From Marsupella aquatica (taxonomy: Eukaryota; Plantae; Marchantiophyta): a stretch of 64,000 nt of DNA. Each line of letters begins with the position of its first letter. Position 1 is the first letter of the stretch. Under the pieces are notes generated by a model. It saw only the letters and a list, made by a program, of their open reading frames with translations. It did no database searches and was not told the origin of the DNA. The stretch is from positions 7,650,963 to 7,714,962 of the forward strand of contig OZ316893.1 in the NCBI GenBank assembly GCA_973895155.1, written 5' to 3'. Position numbers and translations under genes: made by a program. Below are positions 13,414 to 26,868 of this stretch, piece after piece.

Positions 13414-15997
13414 TCAGCGTCGGATGGTCTTGGCTGTCTTGAGTGCTTCCAGCTCCATCAGGGTCGGTTGTGACCCTCTGATCAAGTTGTAGCCCCAGGC
13501 ACCGAACACGGCACCCACGGTTGGGCCCACGACGTATACCCAGAGGGCCCTGTACGCGTTGGCGGCCACTGCTGGGCCGATACTTCTGGCAGGGTTCATG
13601 GATGCTCCTGAAATCGGCCTGTTATTTTCGTCATAATCACACTCAAATCAGTCTAAAGGACATCAATTGCCCATCAATTGCCGGTTTTCTAACAAATATC
13701 AATCCACAATTATCTACTCTACGACAGTAGTTTGCGACTCGGATCACTGGACCCCAGACGAAGCACTGATTTCATGCTTGACTCAAAGGCTGGCGCTGCT
13801 CAGTCTAACCCATTACTCAACTGGAAGCTGCATAATCGTAGTGACACAGTACGAAATCCACACAGATGCACTGAGGGACCACCAAATTCCAAATCCGTCA
13901 GTCATCTTGGACTCTTGGTCAATTTACTACAGCAATTGGTCTGCAGTACTACAGTACAATGAGTAAAGAAGGTTCTTCGTATGTTAAGCTGAACTGGGTC
14001 CCACGAGTTGAACGCCACAACGCCACATCGAGTTCAATTATTATAGCGGTCGCCCACGTACATGCTCTCTCCCCGCCCCCAACTCCACGTTGGTGGGCTG
14101 TTATAACTACTACAATTGAAAGCCGCCTATGCTTGCCAAGATCTTCACGGATTCGGCCAAGACGAGAACGGCCGGAGGGAGGGACACGGACGAAAGGGAG
14201 GGAAGAGAGGGACGAAGGAACGCAGGTTACCCACTTACCCAGCAAAGAGGGCGTTAAGGGCCACGGCCGAGCCAATTGCAATACCTGCCAACTCTCCCAC
14301 CTGTATGTGTTCATACAAACGAACGTTCAATACGAAGAGCACAGGTGTAGCCGGAGCACATTCAAGAGTGATGGTCTTGATATACGTTGTTAAGATCTAG
14401 AGATATCGTTAGAAATGGAATACTGTGAAATCTTTCGAGGGGCAAATAAGTAATCTATGCGAAGAAGGTAGATCGTCAAAATGGCACCAAAGATAAAAAT
14501 GAAGGTGTGGCGGGAAAATTGTGATCCAAATAGATTTGACATGTTCAATTTCTCCATACGCAGCTTCTCCAAGCACGGTAAGGAAGATCCCCCAGTTTAC
14601 AAGAGACTTGGTTTGCCAGGCCTTTCGATTCCTGAGAGGAGGCGGGAGGAGAAAACATTACTCACAGCGCGAGTATCTGTCGCAACAGCAGACACCACGA
14701 ACATAAGGATGAAGCCGGTGATGATCTCCAGAACGAAGGACTGCCCGTCGCTACCAGCGGGTAGAGTGGCCCCGAGATGCCCATGATCCCCGAATATAAA
14801 CCTGAGACAATACCCTGCACAGATTCCAGCCGCTATTTGACCGCCAATGTAGAACGGCACCTGCGGTGTACAACAGTGCAATTGACCCCTGAGTTTAGTG
14901 CAATCCATCATCTGTTGTTGACTCGACTTATCTCGATCTCGATCCTCTACGACCCCCGTGTACCCAACTTCCGCTAAAGACTATGCTTGATGGAAAGATT
15001 GCTTATCTAGGCGAGCATTCTGGCAAGCAGGACATCGAAAGCACTCACATCTTTCCAGGGAAAATGCCGCACAGTTGCAAAGGCAATGGTGACCGAAGGA
15101 TTTAAGTGTGCGCCTGAAATGTGACCCACGGCATAAATCATGATCATGACCACAATCCCGAATGATAACGATATGCCCACATGCGTCACCGCTCCATTGA
15201 GCTTCGCATCCACCACCGCAGACCCACAACCGGCGAACACCAGGATGAAAGTAGCAATGATTTCTGCTCCAACCTGCTTGAACACAAGGATGTCTCCTAG
15301 TTAGCTGGTGATATTGGCCGTTGGCATTGTTGTTCTCAAGGGATGTGGTCTTCACTCACTCTTTGCATTGACGTCATTGAGGATGTCTACGTTCAGACTC
15401 GTTTGGTTCGTCTAAGCTTCAAATGCATGTTATTTAGCTTCCCAGCAGCAATACTGCGGACAGTATCACAAGCTCCTAAGTATTACAACTTCGATGAGGA
15501 CTGCGTAGAGGGGTCCAGACATTGAAACTTTTCAAAGTCTGCAGTAGGCTAGTCCTCACCGAGAAGTTCGGAGCGAGTGCTTTCAATGCAGCATGCAAGC
15601 CAAAAAAGATTAATGTGCGAGGAAGCTGTTCCAAGATGTGATAATTGCCAAAAAGATGAGAGATCTTGAGAAACTATACCACTACGACAAACAATAGCAT
15701 AGTACAGAGATGAAAACCATCAGTGTGCAACCGATAGTAGGAACTTACCTTTCGCAGAAGACATGTATATGGCAATTTCAGGGATCCCAAATATCCACAC
15801 CCTGGTTGATCGTCTGCGAGAGGCATATCGACGGTCTGGTCAAGGGGAGAATTCTCAAATCGCTGGCTCAACGACGGATGTTTCGCTGCAGCAGGAGGAA
15901 CGTCAATTGGAAGACGGGTATCGTTCCCCAGCACATAATGGTCCTTGGCTTGGAGTTTCGCTCTTCCTGCCATCTGGTCGTTCGAATGATCTGCCAT
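13414..15997 (-). CDS. NIP: NOD26-like intrinsic protein (NIP aquaporin / metalloid channel), about 311 aa, ar/R filter F-A-A-R
   Basis: Exons 15997-15749, 15273-15049 (225 nt), 14860-14666 (195 nt), 14300-14239 (62 nt), 13618-13414; the internal exon sizes are typical of plant NIPs. Motifs: [73 protein letters not shown]. Confidence 0.95.
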
Positions 15998-16089
15998 TTT
16001 CCTGGCTGCAAACAGATTGTCGTCTGCTTACGAGTAGTCCTGACACCTGCAGCACGTACGTACCGGCACCTAACGATGATCCTCTACCG

Positions 16090-16095
16090 TTACAT
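16090..16095 (-). promoter_or_regulatory. Candidate minimal uORF (AUG-UAA) 92 nt upstream of the NIP start codon
   Basis: The minus strand reads ...AATGC-ATGTAA-CGG. The site may instead fall in a 5'UTR intron: possible acceptors would give exon starts at 16046 or 16005, and a possible donor follows 17817. Confidence 0.2.
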
Positions 16096-19000
16096 GCATT
16101 GACATCCTTAATTGGAAGGAGCCAGCCAGTGCAGCAACCCCACTACTGTGAACTCGTTAAGCCGTGACGAAGTAATTCTGGCTCGTTCAACTTGGGACGT
16201 CAGAACAGGACTGCAATACAAGTCATGCACGCGCGCGCACAGTTGTAAGAGAGCAGCGATGAAGAAAGCTGAAGCTTCATTGATTGAAACAATTGCGGAA
16301 TCCCACAAATCGATCACCACACAAACCCATTCTCGAATGAGACAATCAGTCATTCTCAATCCTGAAATCTCTCACACTAGCACACTTCGCCCCTTGTAAC
16401 ATTCGATTGACGTGCTGACAGGTCTAGCTAGGCAGCAAGAATCACAGTCACCACTTCCACATTTGTGACTCCTAGTCGGTCCCGCCCTCTGTCTGAAACC
16501 ATAATGTATCCAGCGCGGTGGCTTATGGACGAACCAAAATTATCTTCCAGGTTTCTATGCCAGACAAAGAATGCAATTCGTTGAGGAGTCTTGCTATATT
16601 CGAGGTAGTACATCCCATTTGCACGAATTCGATACTAAACATAGATGCTGCCTAAGTAAAGGCGCCATGTCCTGTAGGTATGCCTAAACCAGGTAGCCAA
16701 CGGAGCACAATTTTCCTTCGGAGTGTAACACGACCCAAAAGGCAATGCAGAACGATCACTCACTGACAGTAGTAAATTTCAGGAACCGATTGCTCTCACC
16801 GCCGTAGTCACCGCCCATGGTGTGACCATCAAATCGACCTGGTACTAGTACACTACCAGGACCTCCATCCAATGCGCATCAAAATCCAGCCAGGACGGGT
16901 CCCTCCTTGACAATGGACAGTGAACTATCCGATTCGTGTCATCGAAGAAAAAGACCAACACAAAACTCAAGTCGGACCTTGACTAGCTAGAAGATACGTG
17001 AAACCGTCAACTCTGATAAGTTAAGACCTACTGGTCGCTTTTGCATCCGCAGAACTGAAACACACAGGGATTCACAAAACACACTGCCAGAAGCACGTAC
17101 TGGACTGACTGACTGATTCTCCGACTGGACTACCTTCATGAGTGATCAACTCAATCAGCTGCTGCTGCTGCGTTCACATCAATGAAGCAAGCAATCAGCT
17201 CGACTACCTTCCGTGCTAGCGAGATGAAACTTTCGGGTTCGTAACCGCGCTTAGACTGTCCGGGGGGCTTCTACGAAGCGACATGCCAGGGTGGAAGGTG
17301 GTGGGTCATGCATGGGCGAGAGCCCCTGGGCCCGTTCCGCTGTGGGCCTCGATTCTTCACTGATCAAACTCGCTACTTTATTTTCATTTTAGTTTTCTAA
17401 CATGCAAGCTCTACTCCTGACTCGCAAGAGCACTAGTCGGAGAAGTGTTGGCATTACCAGTTACTATCCGTTGGCCTAGCAAGTCGACTGGGATATGGAA
17501 AAATGGGAAGAGAGTCTCCAGAGGAGGAGAGACGATCCGAAGTACAAACACATATTAGAGAGACAGATAGACACTGACTGTACCGTGGTACTTGAGGAGA
17601 GCGGCGAGCAGTTCTGACACAGCAGCGTTACTTCCGTAATGACGATCTGATCATAAACAACATAGCCCAGAAGAAGAAGAGCAAACGATTTCGCTCTCTA
17701 GACTCTCGACAACTACCTCAGGGCTAATTCTCAGACATCACATCACCCGGATACAGTTCTGTTGGATCTCTCAGAGACCGACAGCAGGTGACAGAACGGA
17801 CGACCTCTTCTCTCACCTTAATGCCAGTGCGATATCGTCTGCGTCCTGGAGGCTGGAGCAGTCAGGGAGGCAGGCAAAGCGGGCGAAGAGGTCAAGAGAG
17901 CTTCGTTTTGTTGTTCGATCTTGTTTTCCTTCCGAGTACACCAACGTTTCGAACGCTAAGGATGATTGGGTAGTTGTAGCAGCCAGACAATTGATGGCGA
18001 GACCCTGTGCATGCACTCTCGTCCTTCCAGCTGGTCTCTGCTTCTCTCGTCCTTTTATTGCCTGCCTGCACTCTCCATGCTCCCTCCTTTCCAGCCTCCA
18101 CTCCAATCGAGTCCACTCCAGCCAAGCCCAGCCAGCTCTGCCGTACCCCCTTCCCACACTCCGTAATTACTCACACACTCCATCAATCAGCAGTACTGTC
18201 CCACCACCTGACCACCGTAATCAAATCGCATGAATTCCCGTCTTCCTTAGACTTTACAATTATTTAGCAGGAAGGGTGCAACTCAGCAAGACCGACAGTT
18301 TCCCTCTCCCGACATCCCCCCCTCAAAACCATAGACTAATTGAATCTCCTCTACAGTCTTCAAGTGGCGGTGCAATTTCCCACTTCTACTCCCAAAACTT
18401 AGAGGAAACCTCAAAGTCTACGGTACAAATCGGCAATCCTACAGACTGACTCTCATATATAAATTAATACAGAATCAATCACTCAGCTTAAGCTCTAATT
18501 AACCCTTCAATCAAATAAAAATCTTTTCATCGGCAGTCACCCGAGGCTGTAGTTCTAGCGTGGTCCATAATCTATTCATTTCCCACCAACCATATCAAAG
18601 ACTGAAGTTTGCAGTACAAGTCAGCTCTAAAGCTCCAAATCCTTCTATCAGCAGCAGTCAGTCAGTCACCGGTTAGTACCGTAGTTCTCGCTCGGTGCAC
18701 CCGTAAACGAGAGCTTTGTGAGATCAGCCTTCCATAGTTCCATCCGTCCATCCAACCATTTCCCACCCACCAGATACGCCACGACGTGGGAATCATCATA
18801 CAAACAATAACAAAGCATGACGCAATTTCTCCGGGTGTAAATCGCTGCTCGCTCGAGGCAGGCAGAGCGACAACCGACTCCCATGACTCCATGATCTTCT
18901 CAAACTCTCGTCATTTTTCTCGTTCAATTGGTGTGAATTCACAAAATGCTGTGGAGTATCAACGACCTGACGTTGCATTCCTTGGCAAAGCCTCTTCTGT

Positions 19001-19427
19001 AAAGCTTTTCATATCCCACACGGCAAGCCGAATTTTTACAGCAGGAAGGCTTTGGACCAGTGAACGACTGTAGTTACTGCGTTTGTAGTTGACGGTCAGA
19101 TCTTGTGCTTAGAAACTTACTGTATCGACCGTCGATCTCTGAACCCATATCATACGGTCGTCGATGGATTTTGGTTGCGTTGAGGGTGCGAAAAAATTTC
19201 GCCTCTGTTGTTTACTGCAGTTGATTTTAGTCTTAAGTATAGCCAGTAAAGGTCTTACTGCAACTGTGGTGTGGGACTGGTCATGCTATGGTGTGTTGTA
19301 GTGCATGGTGAAATCACAGAGATGCCCAGCATGAAACCTTGTTTCAAATGCTCTGGCTAATTGTGTATCTGACGGCATAGCAAGTAGGGCCTTCGTGCAC
19401 CCTTGATGCGAGGCAATTTTTCCACAC

Positions 19428-19547
19428 GTGCACCTGTATGCAAACAAATTCTCAGCATCAACTGCCCTTGGAATTTCTGAACCTGTGCACCTGTATGCAA
19501 ACAAATTCTCAGCATCAACTGCCCTTGGAATTTCTGAACCTGTGCAC
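19428..19547. repeat. Perfect tandem duplication, 57-bp unit x2
   Basis: GTGCACCTGTATGCAAACAAATTCTCAGCATCAACTGCCCTTGGAATTTCTGAACCT occurs at 19428 and 19485, followed by a third GTGCAC. Confidence 0.9.
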
Positions 19548-19573
19548 GTCAAAAAAGAAACTTCACCCTCGAG

Positions 19574-19755
19574 TGCCCGGCCCTGAGGTGTTTGCTTGAA
19601 TGATGGACCCTCAAAATGAGCAGTATTACTTGATGAGACCCCCTAAGGTTGTGGATAAATTGAATTAAGGTCTATCAAGGGCCTGGGTCACTCAGAGGGT
19701 CCATCAATTAACACTTTGTTTTCATATTGAGGGTCCATCAAGCATATGGGCCGGG
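19574..19755. mobile_element. MITE-like element, GATGGACCC family, copy 1
   Basis: Inverted ends GCCCGGCCC...TGATGGACCCTCAAAATGA and TCATATTGAGGGTCCATCA...GGGCCGGGC. The reverse complement aligns by eye with the copies at 22020 and 34620. Confidence 0.7.
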
Positions 19756-22019
19756 CCTTTGCACAACCTTCCATCCATCTGCATTTCAAGATAGCACACC
19801 AAAGAAATTCCCCTTATTACAAGTAAATGGGCTTAGTGCCTCATGATGTTTTAGCGAATGCCCAAATAAAAAAACAATTATTTCATGTGCGGTTTCACAG
19901 CGCCCTACCTAACTGTACTGCCAAGTATACAATGTTAATATGCTGGAGTGAGAAACAATTCAGGATTTCAGGGGGTCCTCCTGCAGTTCCATGCAAGATT
20001 TCACCGATAGGGACTTTACTGTACACTGCAACGTAGCTGTGTCTTCATGGAAGATTTCTACCGATTGAGAACTTCTAAATATCGAGCATATTACTGTTGT
20101 GTACATTATTGTGGAGTTGACCCAGGATTGTTTTAACCGGTTTGGCCACATTCAAAAAGACTAGATGCATATTCTGTCGCCTTCGCGAATGGTTTATTCT
20201 GTACAAAATTGTGAAGTTGACCCAATACTTGAATGTTGGCCACATTAAAAAACACTGAGTGAAAGGATTTTAGTTTCCCCTAGCGAACATTCATTCGCTT
20301 ACTCTCTCGGACACTCTCTCTCGGACACGTATTTTTTCTCTCGTTTAGGTTCTGCTATGTGGAATCGGGAATCTGGAAAGTATATTCCATAGACTTATTT
20401 TGTAGTTAGAGTGTACTCTCTAGTGCAAACTCCATAAGTACAAAACCTGGCTACTGCAAAGGCCTCCTGTTCTTCCTTTTTATAACAGTGAGTTTGCATT
20501 CTTGCAAGTGCCAAGAGGCCTGAAATATTTTGCTAAACGAGAGCTTTATAAGTTGAAACCCTTTCATAAGTGCAGATGTACACTTCTCTTTAAGCGCACA
20601 AGCCCATCAAATTGCATGTCCCAAGTGCATGCTCTTTTTGAGTAGACACAAATTGCAGTTATGGAGTAGGATACCAAATTTAGGGATGTATAATTTGGGT
20701 CGCAAGTCCTGAATGCCCCCTGACCAGGCTAATCTTATCAATAAGTGCACAATTCTATAGTTTTGCACATATCCCATAGTGCAAAACCCCTTTCATATAC
20801 ACCTGATCCTTTCTCCCAAGAGGGTGCACTTAGGGAGTGTTAACTATATTAGAGTTCCTTATACAATATTAGACTTGTTTCAACCATTTCAGCCACATTA
20901 ATTATTTTCTTTCCTCTGTGAATGATTATTTAACTCGGACACTAATTTGTTAACTCTTGTTTAATTAGGTTCTTCTATGCTATAAGCCTGAGTGCCCTTT
21001 CTTTGAACCTAAATTGACGTGAGTACATGCAAACCCCTTCCTGAAGTTGCCCATTTTCAGAGACTCGCCCCCACCCTGCTTATCCAATTACCACTTGTAT
21101 CCCCAAGTCCTGCAATAATTATACCACTTAGTCATAGTTGAGAGGTTTCACACGGGGTTTCACAGAGTTTGACTCTAGACCATAGGCCCTAAAGAGCAAG
21201 TTTCAACTGTGATTATAAGCTAGACTCAGGAACCTTTTTATGGTTATTTTGCCGTCCCTGTCCAGTATTGAACTTGTTTCAACCTTTTGACCCAGTTCAA
21301 GTCAGATTAGAAAAACACTAAAGTAATTTTCTTCCCTTTGGTGATGTGTATTTGTGTTGCGCAAGTGTTATAGTTTGTGTTCCATAAGAATCACAAGCAC
21401 AGTAATGGATTTGTAAATACAAATAATCAAATAAATTGATCATTTATTTTTATATTGTGTTTCAAGTAACCCCTTTAAATTAATTTAGGAACTTTTTTCC
21501 TCCCCTCGCTAATCATTGCTTTCCCACTTTGAAACTTACACCAGATGACCACACAAACCCCTAGTAGAAACAAGTTTGCATGGTCAAATTGAACCCACCT
21601 TTTGGCTCCCAGCAACAATGCACACCGTTATTATATTCAAGACTATTACAAGTGCAACAATAAAGTTATACATAATAATCATCAGTTGGTGGCAATAATT
21701 ATCACTTTCACAGATAGAATTAACTATTCACTGACAGGGGTTCGCCCTTGTTTTGAACATTAATACATCTACTTAAAAAATGTATTGTTCCCTTCAGGTT
21801 TCTTTTTTTATTTATATAACTAAGATAGAATAATTGTCTGTCTAAATTGCTACAGGGAAAAATAGTGAAGCATCTGTAGTTAAGTTCGAGTTATCAGTAC
21901 CAAACTCCATCAACATATTCAAGGTTGTTTCGGTATCAATTGTTGCCCCTTCCCCAGTCATGCTCTTTAAGTACTTTTCTATCGCCATTATACAATTACA
22001 TGTAGGTCATGAGCGAGCT

Positions 22020-22153
22020 TATGGATGGACCCTAAAATGCAAAGTGTTTCTTGATGGACCCATGAGTGATCACCCTTGATAGATTTCAAATCAAATACCC
22101 AAAAGCTCATGAGGTCTATGAAGTGAAACATTTCAATTTAGGGTCCATCAAGT
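22020..22153. mobile_element. MITE-like element, GATGGACCC family, copy 2
   Basis: GATGGACCCTAAAATG at the left end, an internal second TTGATGGACCC, and CAATTTAGGGTCCATCAAG at the right end. Confidence 0.65.
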
Positions 22154-22599
22154 ACATATCTCATGATGTGCGTTGGTCAATAATATGATTTGCTTTAGTC
22201 AATAATAAACCGACCTCGTTCGCTTCGGTCAATACTGCTGCTGTTCCTTTCCTTCGTTTCAACTTACATCACACTCCACAGTAAGTTCCACCGTTCCACC
22301 GTTCCACAGATAGTCCACAGTGACTGTCACGTCAGATCGTTCTAATTTGTACGTTCGTAATCTACGCTTCGATCACAATCCAGTGTTCCTCAGCCCTGCA
22401 CTCTTCAAAATTCTCCATCGTAAGAAACCCTTCTCTTCGAAAGTAAACGTAGAGAAAGTTGTTGATGGGAAATTGTGAATACCATAGTAGGCACTGGTTG
22501 CATCTCGTCAATCTCTATTCTCAGGGGCTCCAACTCTCCAGATCATTCACATCGTAAACCCTGAACTCCACATGTTCCATTGTTGCTGCTCCTGTTGCT

Positions 22600-23180
22600 G
22601 TTGTTGTTGAATGTTTTGAGGCACTGTCTTCAGGCAGTCGTCAATGTGTGACAGCAAGTTCGAAAGTGACTTCGTTTCTTTCTCTTTTTTCAGAGTTGTT
22701 ATGACTGTACTCTTTTTCCATGCCTTTTCTTCAGGCAGCCTTTAATGTGTGACTGCAAGTTCAGAAACTAAGTGAGTTACTCTGTTTCTTTCTCCTTTCT
22801 CAGATGACTGTACTCTTTTTCCATGCCTTTTCTTCCGGCAGCCTTCAATGTGTGACTGCAAGTTCAGAAACTAAGTGAGTTTCTCTGTTTCTTTCTCCTT
22901 TTTCAGATGACTGTACTCTTTTTCCATGCCTTTTCTTCCGGCAGCCTTCAATGTGTGACTGCAAGTTCAGAAACTAAGTGAGTTTCTCTGTTTCTTTCTC
23001 CTTTTTCAGAGTTCCTTCCCCCGAATCATCGTTCACACAAGTTGCTGCTGCTGTTTTGTTGAACTCCTCTCCGTGCCTTTTCTTCAGTCAGCCTTCAATG
23101 TGTGACTACTAGTTCAAAAAGTGAGTTTCTTTTCATTCTCCTTTTCAGTTTTCCTTCTCCGGAATCATTGGTCACGTATT
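22600..23180. repeat. Tandem array with a 103-bp unit: 3 near-identical copies plus diverged flanking copies
   Basis: ATGACTGTACTCTTTTTCCATGCC starts at 22701, 22804 and 22907. The related CAATGTGTGAC(A/T)...AGTTC core also occurs at about 22642 and about 23096. Confidence 0.9.
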
Positions 23181-25259
23181 TAAGGTGTTGGGCAATGAGC
23201 AGGAGTGGAGGGTCTGACGACCAGAACCATAACACTTTTTGAATCAGACTGGCTGTGTCGTTCTACTGTACTGTCGAATGAAGGTTTCGTTTCTTTCAAA
23301 AGCTTTAATTTACAACTTGCAATAATTCTGTCTATCTGTGTCAAGATCCAGATGAGATCAACTGAACTATTCAGAAGGAATGCCGTCTGAGGGTCGGAGC
23401 TTTCCCTCTAAATGAGAAGAACGGTCACTTTTGACATTTAGTCATGAGATGAATTAAAAAAATTAAAAATCAGAATATATTCATATCTCATCAAACCTTG
23501 TTTATACTATAAGTTAAAGTCTAGATGGACCCCAAGATGGACTACTATGTCTGACCAAATGACGGGCATGGACCAACTAACTTGTGTAACCCATATATGA
23601 GAAAGATACCCTATGAGAAAAATCAAAACCAGGACAGTCAATCTCATCTAATCCACTTTTCTTGACAATAGCATTAGGATATAGCAACAATACCACAATC
23701 TAAATTGGACCCTACGTACTATATAGCTTACCCAGCTGACCTCCTCAGGAGTCGGGGGTTTACACTTTCTCATAGGAGTTAAAAACCCCAGATGACACTG
23801 GATTGGTTAGCTGACACCTGGAGGCTCAGGATTTGCTTGTGCTAATCCCCTTGAAGTGTACCTTAACTTCACCCCTGGACTGGGTTCCCTCTTCCAATAC
23901 TCAGTCACCAAAACACAGGTGTTGAGTATTGTCTGCAAGCAAAATATATAGTGTGTTGGTCCCTTTCATATCCCCCACTTTAAGGCCAGAGGAGAATGAT
24001 TGGCTTGGACAAGTTATGAGCCTCTGCGTATCCCCAGGCCCACTATGTGATAGCTCAGGTTAATTGAGTCTGGTTAAGCCAACCCAAATACAAAATGGAC
24101 GGTAATCTAATAGTTAAATAAGTTTTAGAGGCAGATTAGGAACATGAAGTCCCTTTCCTCTCACTTACTGCAAACCGTAATCTAGGATATAAATAGAATT
24201 TGCAAAGACTCTAATAACTCTAGTTTTCATGAAAAAAGCAAGAGGTATAATATCTAAAGATCATTTCATCACTTGTGTCCACACTTTAGCTTCTGACAGT
24301 CCTTTACTAACTATCTTTTGACATCGTTTACTATCCCCCTGTATTTTAATGGAATCTTATTTTCTTGAGTTTGTTAGAAACCTACTAGCTTCTTGGAAAC
24401 ATCTTCCCTCACTATAGTCCAATTTCATTGAGGACTAAGCGACCTGAGAAATGGGTAGTCTGCATAAAAGCTGATATTAACCAAATACAACAATAAAGAA
24501 GGTTGAATGGAACACAGAAGGACATATTAACAAATAGTTGAGACAGACAATTGAAACTGTGATGTAATGTGATGATCAAGGGTCAAAAATCTACTAACAA
24601 GGGAGGTGGGAGCTAAACCAAAATTCTTGGCTCTACCTTAGAAAAAGATCTGTGCCCAAATCTCTATAGAATCTTGCAATTTCGTTTTTGTTCCTGTTAG
24701 GGTTCTTTGCACACTCAATCTTGAAATCCGGACGCGAAAATAATCATGTGGCAGATGGAGGCCTGGACCAAGGCAATGGGTAAGCATTTCTTACATGGTG
24801 TTAGTAGCGTCATTCCAAGTGATTATTTGAGTAGAGTTGTCCACAACTTGCCCACAAAATATGTTATTGATATGTATACTTGTGAGCTTTGATGTGCAAA
24901 CTCAACCATAGTTGGTGTAAATGCCAGGGCCTCAATCCAAAGGAGGTCTCATATCACCGCCCATATCACACGGGTTCAAGTAATAAACACACAAAAACTT
25001 TTAAAAATATATTTTAAAACCATTTCTCCATAACTTCATGGAATATTCTAGTTTTTTATTAAGAGCCCTATTAATAACTCTTATAAATCTCTAAAATTGG
25101 ATTAAATTACCTCTATTGCTCTTTAACCAAAAATATATATATTTTATGCCTGATGGAATTTTAAAATGCCTAACTTATTTACACAGGATGGATTGAAAGA
25201 AAACAAAGGAGGACCCCAAGGGTCCAAACTATACATCTAATTAGTTTGTGGACCCCCTA

Positions 25260-25406
25260 TTAACGGAAAGCTTCAGACGACATCAACTCCTTGAACTCCT
25301 TAAAGTCCACCTTCCCATTACTGTCTGCATCGACTCCCTTGATCATCTGCTGACACTTCTTATAACTATGTCATTCTTTCATGCCCAGGCTCTTCAACAC
25401 CATCTG
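25260..25406 (-). pseudogene. Orphan C-terminal fragment of a calmodulin-like (CML) EF-hand gene
   Basis: Translates as QMVLKSLGMKE*HSYKKCQQMIKGVDADSNGKVDFKEFKELMSSEAFR*, with a canonical 12-residue EF-hand loop DADSNGKVDFKE. There is a premature TGA at 25371-25373, and no N-terminal EF-hands are recognisable upstream. Confidence 0.8.
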
Positions 25407-26677
25407 CACGTAGACGAGGCCCTTACTGAACCCTGCTAAGCTTGCTTCTCTTTCGTTCACTCGTGCTTCATGCGTTGGACAATCTAACAGCAGCAAGAGG
25501 CATTGATCATCGAGTTAGGAACTGCAATGATGACGCAATGGAAAGGAGTGTTGAGTGATCCAACATAGAATCATGTCCACTCCTTCCTTCGTGGCAGCAG
25601 AAGGTCGAGAAAATTGTCACGATTACTTTGTCATCAGATCAACTTGCCGAAAGAGATTTAGTTATTATTCAATTGAAACACAATTCAGAATGCGGGTGGG
25701 CAGCGGTTACTCAGGGTAAGAAAACGGAAGTTGGGCCTCATACTAATTGAATAGTCTGTTACCTAGGGTAAATAAAATGGTTATTTTTCAAATATTTTTA
25801 CAACAAGGTTTACGGCATGGCGTCCTCAATTTTACCAAAATCATACCACAAACATAAATGTTGAAGCAATTGTATTTTGTAAACCAATCCGTACCTGTTT
25901 GCAGCACATCTTGATAACATGGCACGTTGTGAAGTCTAGATTAGTGGGGTAAGTAAATATAATGTGATGATGTATGCCTGTAATTACAATTACATGACTT
26001 GACATTCTTTATCATTTTTGCAGCAATAAATTACAATATGCTCTCCATTTAATTTGTTTCTAAAGGTTGCTCACGCTAAGATCTGAAGGAAACCTAGTCC
26101 AAGGGGCCCAAGTCTCAAAATACACTTCGAATTAAAGGATGTACTAAATTGTCATTCAACTGTTTCCTCGGCAAGTAAGCTGGTTCAAAAGGATGTACTG
26201 AATTGTCATAAAACATCCCTCTCCAAAAACAAAACAAAAAAACACATTGCTAATAATGCTACATCCTCCAAATCTGAGTTATCTGAGCGCACAATGATCT
26301 CAAGTGGCCAACGTCTTGAAATACACTTTAAATAAAAGGATGTAGCAAATTGTCCTAAAAAATCACATTTCTCTCCCCAAAATTAAATCTGTTTAGAAAA
26401 TGGTGCTACCTAATTCGTAACTGAACCATTAATATCTGAATTATCTGAGAAAATAATTATCTGGAGGTGTTTGAGAAGTCAGTAGGCCTTACAGCAGCAC
26501 TTTACGACCCGCTTTACGAAGTCCAGTGCATTTCAGTTCAGCAATAAATTGAAGAGTTGATGATACGTGGACATTCCAAACAACTTGCCGTCAGCATAGT
26601 CCTCGCACGAGCGACGGTGCTCAAGTCCCCACCGTCATTCTGTGCGACGGCGATTCCAACAGACGCGAACAGTAACT

Positions 26678-26868
26678 TTACACTCACTGTTACTGTGGAG
26701 GCATTTCATTTTGGCACGGCATAAGAGAATTATTGTGAACATTACACTCACTTTTTACTGGAGGCATTTCATTTTGGCACGGCATAAGAGGATTATTCTG
26801 AGCATTACACTCACTTTTTACTGGAGGCATTTCATATTTACACGGCATACGGGAATTATTGTGAGCAG
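26678..26868. repeat. Tandem repeat, 63-bp unit x3
   Basis: TGGAGGCATTTCAT starts at 26696, 26759 and 26822. Confidence 0.9.

Noticed and set aside
120-15997. Functional clustering of VIH (phosphate signalling) with a metalloid NIP
   Set aside because: They are convergent neighbours with no shared regulatory evidence visible, and adjacency alone is uninformative in plant genomes.
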